Shown in pieces: positions 47,903 through 57,246 of a DNA stretch of 64,000 nucleotides. The notes under the pieces were generated by a model, which was given only the letters and a program-made list of their open reading frames with translations, did no database searches and was not told the DNA's origin. The DNA is taken from NCBI GenBank assembly GCA_044226015.1, contig JBGAHS010000004.1:32001-96000 (forward strand). The letters are read 5' to 3'. This DNA is from Candidatus Obscuribacteraceae bacterium (GTDB lineage Bacteria > Cyanobacteriota > Vampirovibrionia > Obscuribacterales > Obscuribacteraceae). Made by a program: the position numbers and the translations under genes. Each line of letters begins with the position of its first letter. The stretch's first letter is position 1.

Positions 47903-49600
47903 ATGGCAAAAGAAGAAACAGAAAAATCAAAAGAGTCTTCAAGGGAAAGAGAAACAGAACCAGCAGCAGCAAGCGCTGGTGAAAGGTTCCAAAAGGAAGT
48001 TGAGTCGACTCGTCAGGAACAGCGCGATTCAGCTAACCCAGCCAGTGACATCCGCAAGCAGTCTGAGGACTCAAAACTCAATGCAACGAGTCAACCCCAA
48101 GACACGGCAAGTCAGCATTTGCCAAAAATGGACCTCGTCGATGGCGCAAATAAAGATTCATCGCGTGGTCTGAAGACGGATCTTCCTGGTAGCGCAAAAT
48201 CCGGCTCAGAGACTCAAACTCGTGGTGACTCTGGTGGCTACTCGGTCGAAAAATTTGACGCAGAGGGAAATCGCCGTGAAGTTCGCAACACAGACAAAGA
48301 CGGCAAGCCAGTATTTGAAGGCAAGTTCGACAGCAGTGGCAAGCTTGAGGAGGGCAAGTACTATCAGAACGGAAAACTAAGTGAGACTCAAACTCGTGGT
48401 GACTCTGGTGGCTACTCAGTCGAGAAATTTGACGCAGAGGGAAATCGTCGCGAAGTTCGCAACACAGACAAAGACGGCAAGCCAGTATTTGAAGGCAAGT
48501 TCGACAGCAGTGGCAAGCTTGAAGAGGGCAAGTACTATCAGAACGGAAAACTTAGCGAGACTCAAACTCGTGGTGACTCTGGTGGCTACTCAGTCGAGAA
48601 ATTTGACGCAGAGGGAAATCGCCGTGAAGTTCGCAACACAGACAAAGACGGCAAACCAGTATTTGGAGGTAAGTTTGACAGCAGTGGCAAGCTTGAAGAG
48701 GGCAAGTACTATCAGAACGGAAAACTTAGCGAAACACATACTCGCAATGAGTCAGGTGGTTATTCTATCGAACAAGCTAACAAGCCGGAATCGCGTAATC
48801 TCAACGAACAGCAAGTTAAGGATGCCCATGTACGAAAGGGTGAAGGTCCTTATCAGGTCGCTTCTCGGCTTCTTGGTGACGAAGCTAGCCAGAAAGAAAA
48901 GGTCGCACTCGCATTAGCTTTTAAAGGACAATACGACAAAGAAACCGCCCATAAAGACCCAGAAATGCGGCACCTGAAAACTGATCGCAGCATGCTGAAC
49001 GAAAGCAACTACAAAGAAGTAATGGAACGAATCGGCAATGATTCCTTGCGTGAGAGCATTAATACAAAACTCAGTCAAACTAACAAACACCCAGGACAAG
49101 AACAAATCGGAAGCAGAGAGCCCAAGACAGAGCCCAAAGCTGACCATCATAAAGCAGAGCCTCAAAGAGAAGGAACGGGCAAAATCGATAGATCGAGGTT
49201 TGATCAAGAACTAAAAGATCCCAAAGTGATGGCCGCATTTGCTGGCAGAATGCACAGCGAAGTAGGCAGCCAGGGAAAAGCAGCTCAACTAGCTTTCGCC
49301 GAGGAAGTAATGAATAGAGCTACTTCAAGAGGGCAATCGCTTATGCAAGCATTGAGTGGTCGCTATTACCCCACTTCCACCCCCGGACGTTCAGACAATC
49401 CTTCCTATGTTGAAACAATTAACAAAGCATGGAAAGAAGGTACTGACACTACCCATGGTGCAACAGGAAACGCTAGCGGAAAAGTAGGTTTTGGTCGAGG
49501 AGGATTTCAAACTGTCAAGATCGGTGGCGAAAAATTCGGAATGGAAGCTAACGACGTAGCCGCCGGTTGGCTCCAGAAATACCAGAAACTGAAGGCATAG
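47903..49600 (+). CDS. polar leader + 58-aa repeats + LysM-like domain + SleB/CwlJ-like cell wall hydrolase
   Basis: SEVGSQG...EEVMNR, GTDTTHGAT and KIGGEKF resemble Hydrolase_2 motifs. Confidence 0.75.
   Translation: MAKEETEKSKESSRERETEPAAASAGERFQKEVESTRQEQRDSANPASDIRKQSEDSKLNATSQPQDTASQHLPKMDLVDGANKDSSRGLKTDLPGSAKSGSETQTRGDSGGYSVEKFDAEGNRREVRNTDKDGKPVFEGKFDSSGKLEEGKYYQNGKLSETQTRGDSGGYSVEKFDAEGNRREVRNTDKDGKPVFEGKFDSSGKLEEGKYYQNGKLSETQTRGDSGGYSVEKFDAEGNRREVRNTDKDGKPVFGGKFDSSGKLEEGKYYQNGKLSETHTRNESGGYSIEQANKPESRNLNEQQVKDAHVRKGEGPYQVASRLLGDEASQKEKVALALAFKGQYDKETAHKDPEMRHLKTDRSMLNESNYKEVMERIGNDSLRESINTKLSQTNKHPGQEQIGSREPKTEPKADHHKAEPQREGTGKIDRSRFDQELKDPKVMAAFAGRMHSEVGSQGKAAQLAFAEEVMNRATSRGQSLMQALSGRYYPTSTPGRSDNPSYVETINKAWKEGTDTTHGATGNASGKVGFGRGGFQTVKIGGEKFGMEANDVAAGWLQKYQKLKA
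48206..48772 (+). repeat. 174-bp coding tandem repeat, about 3.25 copies
   Basis: Equivalent codons at 48209, 48383, 48557 and 48731; nearly identical DNA. Confidence 0.97.
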
Positions 49601-49658
49601 AATTTTTTACCACAATTGACTAATCGTGCAGTACCACACATGGGTTGAAAGGACTGAG

Positions 49659-51926
49659 CTATTTCCAGGTTCTAAGTTGCTTAACTGTATCCATATCTCT
49701 TTGTGCGAATTCCATTTTGCCCATCTTTTCGTAAGCTTCAGCTCGTCCAAGAAAGGCCTGAATATGCTTGGGGTCTAGTTTGATTGCCTCGCTAAAGTCT
49801 TGAACAGCCAGGTCGTAGTTTGAAAGACAGTTGTATGCGATTCCTCTGTTTGTATAAGCAATGGTGAATTTTGGATCAAGCTTGATTCCAGCTGTAAAAT
49901 CTGCGATTCCCTCTTTGATTTGACCAATTTGGCAGTAGTCCAATCCTCGAAATACATAGAACATTGCTACCTTAGGATTTAACGCGATCGCTTTGTTGAA
50001 AAAGGGAATTGCATCACGAAGCTTGCCCAGATGTTGAAGCGTTGAACCCAAACTGAAGTAGACGCCTCCGACATTGCAACCAAGTTCAATAGCCTTGTTA
50101 AGATCGCTTTGTGCTAATTCATATTGTCCTAACTGCATTAGTGCAGCGCCCCTATCCATGTATGCCCAATAAGATTTTGGGTTTAATTTCAAGACAATGT
50201 TATAGTCGTCTACTGCCTGTCGAAATTGACCCAGCCTTCCGCGGTTTAATGCCCTATTGAGAAAATGCTGTGCCACATCAGGACTTAGCTCAATGGACTT
50301 GTCGTAGTATGTAATTGCCTCTTGGAACTTTCCCTTGCTCTGTAAAGCAAATCCCAAATCATTGTATGCGGCTCCCAGATTCTTCTTATCCGAACCCAGG
50401 CTAATGGCCGTTCGTAAATCAGCAATAGCTTTGTCATATTGACCCAAATCAATATAGCTGAGAGCCCTATTGTGGATGTCGATAAAGTTTGGCGCGCAGA
50501 GTTTTAATGCTTGATTTAGATCCTCGATACTCTCTTGATTTTTCCCCGCTCTACCAAGTACTGAGCCGCGTATGCTTAACGCATCCGAGTTAGCCTTTTC
50601 AAGTTTTATTACTTTGTTGAGGTCAGGAAGCGCTTGTTTGTCCTGTCCTAGCTTAATGTACGCTACAGCGCGATTGAGGTAAAAAAGGGCAACGTTTGGG
50701 GACAATGCGATCGCCTTATCAAAGTCTTCTTTCGCCTCTTTGTACCGCTTCAGCTGTTTAAGAGCATCGCCACGGTTATTGAAAGCAATCGCATTCTTTG
50801 GGTCAATGCTGATCGCCTTTGTAGAATAGCTTATTGTCTCCTCGTAGTTCTTGAGTCTGCTGTAAACGCATCCTAAAGCCGTGTATGCCATAGAACAGGT
50901 GGGATTAAGAGTGATGCATTTTTTGAGATCTGCCATCGCACTTTCAGTGTCGTTAATTTCTAGATACGAATGAGCTCTTCTGTAATAAAGCTCCATTTCA
51001 TCTGGCTTGATTTTGATTCCTTGATCGAAATCGGCAATTGCATTTTTGAATTGCTTGCAGTCTGAGTAACTTGTTCCTCTGACCATGTAGGCATCCCATC
51101 TTTTGGGATTAAGTTCGATTGCCTTGTCGCAATCTTTTATGGCTTCTTTGAATTTTCCGAGCCTTTCGTAGCAGAATGCGCGCTCTTCATAAGTTGTGTC
51201 GCTGTCTTCACCAAGTTGAATTACTTGAGTGAATCCATCTAGAGCTTTTTGCCGCTCTTGCATGCGCGCGTATGCCATTGAGCGATTCTCTATAACCCAA
51301 GCAACTCTTGGCAGAATCTTCAGTGATTTTTCTGCTTCTTCCACGCACAATTTGTATTCTTGCATTTCGCAATAAGCAGAGGAGCGCAATCCATGAACAA
51401 GCGATGAGTTAGGCATAATTGCAAGAGCCTTATCATAGTCAATCATGGCAAGCTTGTATTGGCGAAGTTTTTTATAAGCCAGCCCTCGCCAGCAGTAAGT
51501 CAGCCAGAAATCGGGAAGCTCTGAAATCACATTGTTGAACTTCTCGATAGCTCGTTTGTATTCCGCTTTGTTGAGTAGGGTGAAGCCTTCGTCGAGGTCT
51601 GCCTTCGTTTGGCTTGTTATCGAGTCTGCAGGAAGCAGGACATTTGCAGGTGGTTCGGGGCTGGAAAACGCTCCGATAATCAGCTGGACGCTGCTAGGCA
51701 TCGTGCTGGCGCTGTCCTTTTCTGTCGGGAGCTTTATTTGAGGGCTGCCGCTGCTTTGCGCACCTTTGTCAAGATCAGATTCATCGGATTTGACAGAAGC
51801 GGCTATTGTGGTGTTCGCTTCTGTTTTGGGACCGCTCTTCGGTTCGAGAGCTTGGGCCGAGCCTGTACAAAAGAGGACAAATATCTCAGAGACCACTATT
51901 TTCTGTTTTAATTCCAAACGCATCAA
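49659..51926 (-). CDS. secreted long TPR-repeat protein
   Basis: Signal peptide; many 34-aa AY.NRG..A..D...AI.L.P units. Confidence 0.95.
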   Translation of the reverse strand: MMRLELKQKIVVSEIFVLFCTGSAQALEPKSGPKTEANTTIAASVKSDESDLDKGAQSSGSPQIKLPTEKDSASTMPSSVQLIIGAFSSPEPPANVLLPADSITSQTKADLDEGFTLLNKAEYKRAIEKFNNVISELPDFWLTYCWRGLAYKKLRQYKLAMIDYDKALAIMPNSSLVHGLRSSAYCEMQEYKLCVEEAEKSLKILPRVAWVIENRSMAYARMQERQKALDGFTQVIQLGEDSDTTYEERAFCYERLGKFKEAIKDCDKAIELNPKRWDAYMVRGTSYSDCKQFKNAIADFDQGIKIKPDEMELYYRRAHSYLEINDTESAMADLKKCITLNPTCSMAYTALGCVYSRLKNYEETISYSTKAISIDPKNAIAFNNRGDALKQLKRYKEAKEDFDKAIALSPNVALFYLNRAVAYIKLGQDKQALPDLNKVIKLEKANSDALSIRGSVLGRAGKNQESIEDLNQALKLCAPNFIDIHNRALSYIDLGQYDKAIADLRTAISLGSDKKNLGAAYNDLGFALQSKGKFQEAITYYDKSIELSPDVAQHFLNRALNRGRLGQFRQAVDDYNIVLKLNPKSYWAYMDRGAALMQLGQYELAQSDLNKAIELGCNVGGVYFSLGSTLQHLGKLRDAIPFFNKAIALNPKVAMFYVFRGLDYCQIGQIKEGIADFTAGIKLDPKFTIAYTNRGIAYNCLSNYDLAVQDFSEAIKLDPKHIQAFLGRAEAYEKMGKMEFAQRDMDTVKQLRTWK

Positions 51927-52125
51927 TCATTCTCTCAGAGTCTCTTTAGCATACTATCATTTGTACTCACACTTTCCGTGTGGTCAGATTTGGAATCTGT
52001 CGAGCATTTTGAAATTTTGGCTTGCAAAACGTTCTTGGGGCAATTCTTTCTCTAGTAGACTTGAGCAAAACGCTTAGTACGACAGTTTATGGGGCAAGAA
52101 ATGGATAATTCCGAGTTTTAGACCA

Positions 52126-54591
52126 TTGAAACAGAGTAGTCCGACCATCATTTGCAAGAAGTGTCCGCAGTGCAGTACCAACTACTCTGCAGACGGCGTT
52201 GAAACGCACTGTCAACATGACGGAAATTTGCTCCAGAATATTTACAGCGACCCCTGGCTCGGTTCCACACTGGCTAATCGCTATAACATTATCAGCGCTG
52301 CAGGAAGTGGCGGCTGGGCAACGGTCTATATGGCAGAACAAGTTTCACTTAACCGCAAAGTCGCAGTGAAAATACTTGAGCGTCGTTTGCTGGATAACGA
52401 GAACTTGATCAAGCGATTCACCCGAGAGGCGCAGGCTCTGAGTTCATTGCAGCATTCTTCCATTGTTTCCATCGTAGATTTTGGAGTGGTGCCGCAGCCT
52501 TATATCGTAATGGAGTGGTTGCCCGGACCAGACATGTCTGAGTTCATTCGAGATTATGGGATGAAGACCTCGTTCAGTCAGAAACTAGCTTTATGCAAAG
52601 AACTTCTTGAGGGTCTGCAGCATGCTCATGCAGCAGGAATAGTTCATCGTGACCTGAAACCGTCTAACATAAAAATCGTTTTCTCCGCTCAGCGAAAGAT
52701 ACACGCCAAAATTCTCGACTTTGGTCTGGCAAGGCTAGTTTCTTCTGGTGATGATCAAGTTACTAGAACAGGTGAGTGTGTTGGAAGCCCAGCCTACATG
52801 AGCCCGGAGCAGTGCCAGGGTAGACCGATCGGCGAGACCAGTGATATCTATTCGCTGGGGTGCATCATGTATGAGCTTTTCGCTGGAAGGCAAATGTACG
52901 TCAGGCAAACGGTCGAGGAGTATTTCGCAGCTCATATAGCAGAGCGCCCTCCGGCACTCTTTGCTAATGCAAGCCCAGAGCAAAAAGTATTAGAGCAAAT
53001 CGTATCCAAATGTTTGAGCAAGAAGCCTGAACAAAGATATAAATCAGCTACGCAGTTATTGCAAGCTTTAGACGAACTTGCCCAAGGCAAGCTTGTTGGG
53101 AATTCTCCGCAAGGAAATCGTAAGCCCCTTCTTCTTGTGCTTTCTGGTATTGCCCTTGCCATACTGGCGGGGTCGTTCTTTGTGCTTAAGCCTGATAAGG
53201 CCCAAACCGGTGCAAAAATTGCATCTGCAAATGTTGACGCCGGCAAGTCCAAATTAGAGAGCGCGCTGAGCAAGCCAACTAAAGCATCTGCAATCTCTCC
53301 AAGCATTGTTGCAGCGACGGAGAGTAAGACGGATTCTAGTACTTCTTCTGGCAACAACGGCAAGGTCAAGGAGGCTGAGAATCTCGGACAAGATGCGGTT
53401 GAGCATGTTTCAAAAAGCAAATCCAGTGCTACAGAGACAGCCTCTGCCACTCTTGTGTCGTCTGCAAAAAATCTAGCAGAAGGCGGTTCTAAGCAAAATG
53501 CTATTCAAGTTTTCAACAAAACAAGACTTCAGCCAATCATGCCTTCAGAAAAAATTGCATACTCTAAGGCGCCTCTAGCCTCATCTTCTAAGAGCCCAAG
53601 AGAGAAAGAATTGGGTCTGCCTCATGAACCTTCTGTTCAATCGATGCAAAATAGGCTTAATTCGGAAAAAAGTGAGCCCGCCAATCTGCCTGAGTCGGAA
53701 TCGCACTTTCGTTCTAGCAGTCTCACCTGGCACGATACCGGACGTAATAAAGACATTCGTATAAACTTCTTTCGTCCCGATGCTGCAAATTCAACCATTC
53801 GCCCGGTTGTTTTGCTTGCTTCAACAAATATGAAAGTGCAAGACGAAGGCAATTGGCTAGTAAGCAGTTGGTTGAAGTCCGGTTATTTTGTAATTGTCTA
53901 TGACCCCGACAATGTTCCAAATCCTATAAATCCGACACATCATACGGTTAGTTTAGCTGCTCGCGAACGCGCTAGCGATATTTCATTTGTCATAGCGCAT
54001 TTCCGTCAGCAATGGAAAGATAAAGATCCGCTGGTTCAAAATGCACAAAGCAGTGTCTTCGTTTGTGCTGAGCGTGCACTTGCCGTCTCGGTGCTTGCTA
54101 CAGCCAGTGCTGTTCCCGAAAGTAGGATTTGGCGAGGGTTTAAACCTCTCCGCGCTGGTATAAAAGGAATTATCTTGCTCTCACCTTCTTATATGGGTGA
54201 TTTTCAAGTTTACGAGCGTATTGAGCAGCCACTACTGGTGGTGTCTTTTGCCGACGACCCAGGCACGCCTCGTTGGGACGAGGAATTGATGGGTCCGGCT
54301 GCTTTCACCCGTTCTGTGAATGCTCCAAGGTTTCATATCTTACTCTCAAGGTCCAGGCTTCTCAACTTCCTTGGCGAAGGAACGCATGAAGATGAACAGG
54401 CTTCAGTGTCGGTCGTTTGCAAGAATTTTGTCGAGGCTATTCTGGGTAACAGGAAAGCAACAGAATTTCTATGCGGAGACGGGGCCGTAAAATGCGTCGG
54501 CAAGCCTAACGAGTATTATTTCAAACTTGCAGAATCGGGAGACGAAGAAACCCTTCTTTCAGGAGGTGGGAAACTTGAAGACCATAAATGA
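52126..54591 (+). CDS. Hanks-type Ser/Thr kinase with TM and a degenerate alpha/beta-hydrolase ectodomain
   Basis: Cys-rich N-terminus; GSGGWATVY, VAVK, HRDLKPSN, DFG, YMSPEQ; TM; hydrolase-like C-terminus. Confidence 0.93.
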   Translation: MKQSSPTIICKKCPQCSTNYSADGVETHCQHDGNLLQNIYSDPWLGSTLANRYNIISAAGSGGWATVYMAEQVSLNRKVAVKILERRLLDNENLIKRFTREAQALSSLQHSSIVSIVDFGVVPQPYIVMEWLPGPDMSEFIRDYGMKTSFSQKLALCKELLEGLQHAHAAGIVHRDLKPSNIKIVFSAQRKIHAKILDFGLARLVSSGDDQVTRTGECVGSPAYMSPEQCQGRPIGETSDIYSLGCIMYELFAGRQMYVRQTVEEYFAAHIAERPPALFANASPEQKVLEQIVSKCLSKKPEQRYKSATQLLQALDELAQGKLVGNSPQGNRKPLLLVLSGIALAILAGSFFVLKPDKAQTGAKIASANVDAGKSKLESALSKPTKASAISPSIVAATESKTDSSTSSGNNGKVKEAENLGQDAVEHVSKSKSSATETASATLVSSAKNLAEGGSKQNAIQVFNKTRLQPIMPSEKIAYSKAPLASSSKSPREKELGLPHEPSVQSMQNRLNSEKSEPANLPESESHFRSSSLTWHDTGRNKDIRINFFRPDAANSTIRPVVLLASTNMKVQDEGNWLVSSWLKSGYFVIVYDPDNVPNPINPTHHTVSLAARERASDISFVIAHFRQQWKDKDPLVQNAQSSVFVCAERALAVSVLATASAVPESRIWRGFKPLRAGIKGIILLSPSYMGDFQVYERIEQPLLVVSFADDPGTPRWDEELMGPAAFTRSVNAPRFHILLSRSRLLNFLGEGTHEDEQASVSVVCKNFVEAILGNRKATEFLCGDGAVKCVGKPNEYYFKLAESGDEETLLSGGGKLEDHK

Positions 54592-54955
54592 TTATGAGCG
54601 TTTGCGCTCGTGGTACCTGGCCCGTTTGCGCAAGCTATCTCTAGAGAATGTGGCAGTACAAGGCATGACACCTGCGTCATTAATTCAGGCGGATCGCGAA
54701 AATATCGAGAAAATTATTCTCAAGTCTCAGGCAAGGAACAATGGAGAAAAAAGCAGGAAGCAGTTGGGAGTGGAACTACTTTTGCATTTCGTTCTGGTAT
54801 TGATTGTGGTATCAGTCTATCTACCTTTGCCCGCCTATGGCTTTTCACTTTCACAGTCAGCTGACCTGGCGTATCTTTCTATTGTGCTTTTGTTTATGAT
54901 TGAACCCTTGTTTGCTTTTCTCCGGAAAAACGAAAGCTCTGACCCAGCGCAATAG
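54575..54955 (+). CDS. small 2-TM membrane protein coupled to the kinase
   Basis: SD AGGAGG then TTG 54575, overlapping the kinase stop. Confidence 0.65.
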   Translation: MKTINDYERLRSWYLARLRKLSLENVAVQGMTPASLIQADRENIEKIILKSQARNNGEKSRKQLGVELLLHFVLVLIVVSVYLPLPAYGFSLSQSADLAYLSIVLLFMIEPLFAFLRKNESSDPAQ

Positions 54956-54987
54956 ACACAGATAAGTTATTCAAGCTCTACTACCAG

Positions 54988-56316
54988 TTAAAACAGTCTG
55001 GGTATCTTGAAGTAGAATTTTGAACCGCGCCCTTCCACGCTTTCTAATTCCAGGTTTGAATGATGAGCCTCTAATAGTAATCTGCAGATAGGAAGTCCTA
55101 ACCCGCTTCCGCTGGACGCATCTTCTGACCTTACTTGTTTGAAGCGATCAAAAATGGATTTGCGATTTGCAAGAGGAATTCCGCGACCTTGATCCTCAAC
55201 ACTAATTAGCAAGTAATCAGGACCATCTTCAGCCGCCAGCCGCACTCGTTTGCCAGAATCAGTGAATTTTATTGCATTTGCTAGAAGGTTCAACAAGACC
55301 TGTATCATCCTGTCGCGATCAACAAATACGCGAGACTGTGAGCCTTTTACTTCGATAAGAATGCCTTTCTTTGAAGCAAGTGGCTCTGCCGTTTTATACA
55401 CATCTTCGAAAAGCTCGTTGATGGAAATTTCGCCTTGTTCGAGAGTGAGTTTTCCTGCTTCTAATCGATCTAAGTCGAGCATTTGTTCAATTAGCCTGAG
55501 AACTCGAGCAAGAGATCTTCCAGCATTATCTATCATGACGAAAAGCTGTTTGTCTGGATCGTTCCTTTCCTTAAGGTTCAGCTCAAGTCTCTCCAGCACC
55601 AGCATCACGGCATTTAGAGGAGAGCGTAGATCATGCGAGATCATTGATATAAATTCTTGCTTTGCTCTTTCCAGATTTTTTCGATCACAGATGTTTCTTG
55701 CTATGCAGAAAAAAGTGGACGAACTTTCTGACCATTCAATCGCCCATTCCAGATCCATCAAATCGCCTTCGGAAGTGGCTAGCCGGTTCTCGGTTGCAAC
55801 ATTTCCCTGTGCTCGACATTTTTCTAGTGCTTGAAGAAACCTCTGTCGATCTTCCTGGTATATGTAGCGTAGAAGTTCCTTTCCGATAAGCCCCGCTGGC
55901 GGGTATCCCCATTGTTCATATACGATGGGATTTACAGCAACGAATTTATAATTGTCCGAAATTGAACAGATAACCTCTGCAGCCTGGTCTGCTATCAGGC
56001 GTTCTTTTTCTATAGACTCGCTAATTGCCTGTTTTACCTTCTTATCTAACTCTGCGATGCTCTTGGATGCAGTTTCAGAAGCCGAATAAGTTTCGACGGT
56101 TTCAGCTAAAGCTGCAAGTGGAGAGAGAATCGAGCCGCTGACGAATTTGTAGAGATGTTTGAAATAAAGAGCTGCCGATAGGAAATTCAAGAGCAGCGCG
56201 AATCGTAGCCAGTGATCTTCATGCTGACTCAAAAGCAAACCAAGCAGAACCGTCATGGCGAGCTGCCCAAGGAAACCGCTTACTAAAAGAATCTGCAATT
56301 GTTTTGCTATCTTCAC
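54988..56316 (-). CDS. PAS-domain sensor histidine kinase
   Basis: 2 TM, PAS (WGY....LIG), HDLRSPL, NAIKF, DQGRG, GLGL. Confidence 0.95.
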   Translation of the reverse strand: MKIAKQLQILLVSGFLGQLAMTVLLGLLLSQHEDHWLRFALLLNFLSAALYFKHLYKFVSGSILSPLAALAETVETYSASETASKSIAELDKKVKQAISESIEKERLIADQAAEVICSISDNYKFVAVNPIVYEQWGYPPAGLIGKELLRYIYQEDRQRFLQALEKCRAQGNVATENRLATSEGDLMDLEWAIEWSESSSTFFCIARNICDRKNLERAKQEFISMISHDLRSPLNAVMLVLERLELNLKERNDPDKQLFVMIDNAGRSLARVLRLIEQMLDLDRLEAGKLTLEQGEISINELFEDVYKTAEPLASKKGILIEVKGSQSRVFVDRDRMIQVLLNLLANAIKFTDSGKRVRLAAEDGPDYLLISVEDQGRGIPLANRKSIFDRFKQVRSEDASSGSGLGLPICRLLLEAHHSNLELESVEGRGSKFYFKIPRLF

Positions 56317-56392
56317 TTCTTGTTTGATGTTGTAAACTAAGTCTACGGCTCAGCGCGATTATGGTATCAAATAATGACTACGAGAAGCAGAG

Positions 56393-57070
56393 ATGCCTAA
56401 AATATTGCTGGTAGAGGATGACGTGGAATTTTCCCGCGTGTTAGTCAATTTGCTTACAGAGCAACAGTACGTTGTTGAGCATGTCCTCACGGGCGCGGAT
56501 GCTGATGCCAGGCTTGGGCACTGCTGTTATGACGTGATTATTTTGGATTGGCAGCTTCCTGACAGCTCGGGACCTCGAATATGTCGAAATGCTCGCCAGA
56601 AGGGAATAGAAACCCCCATTCTGATGCTTACGGGAATGAGTGCTAAGGAAAACAAGGTGCAGGGGCTTGATGATGGTGCCGACGATTATCTTACTAAGCC
56701 CTTTGATACCGGTGAGCTTTTCGCTCGTTTGCGCTCGCTAGTTCGACGAGCTAGTAAATCCAAGCAACTCAATTTGACTGCAGGTCCTTTGCGAATTGAT
56801 CCGCAGAGCCATCGTGTATATTTATTCGAAAAGGAAGTTCAGCTTTCCAAAACAGAATTTGCGCTTCTCGAGTTTTTATTGCGAAATAAGGGGCAGATCT
56901 TTGATGCCGACGCTTTGCTAGATAGGGTCTGGTCCTCTGACTCGGAGGTCTCCAGAGACCTGGTCAAAGTCTATATAAACAAGTTGCGCAGCAAGCTAAA
57001 GGTAGAAGGAGAGCCACCCCTCATTGTGACCGTGCACGGGGTGGGTTACAGGCTTGATTCCCCCGACTGA
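56393..57070 (+). CDS. OmpR-family response regulator
   Basis: LLVEDD, ILDWQLP, YLTKPF, TVHGVGY. Confidence 0.96.
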   Translation: MPKILLVEDDVEFSRVLVNLLTEQQYVVEHVLTGADADARLGHCCYDVIILDWQLPDSSGPRICRNARQKGIETPILMLTGMSAKENKVQGLDDGADDYLTKPFDTGELFARLRSLVRRASKSKQLNLTAGPLRIDPQSHRVYLFEKEVQLSKTEFALLEFLLRNKGQIFDADALLDRVWSSDSEVSRDLVKVYINKLRSKLKVEGEPPLIVTVHGVGYRLDSPD

Positions 57071-57246
57071 TTGCAAGCACGGCTGAGAAATTAATTCTAT
57101 GGGCTCGGTTTGCCGGGTGCTGCTTTGCCAGCAGTCTTGTTTGGACAAATGCGTTTATTCGCATATGAGTATGCGTTTTTGTCCATTTACAACTTTTTTA
57201 CTGGGAAAAATTATGCTCTTCTCATCTTGATGGGTGAGGAGGTTAA

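Noticed and set aside
48206..48772. Possible CRISPR array or RHS/YD toxin core
   Set aside because: Units are contiguous, in frame and have no spacers; no cas genes; no RHS core-end motif.
48381..48917. 178-aa alternative-frame ORF
   Set aside because: A by-product of the stop-free tandem repeat in another frame.
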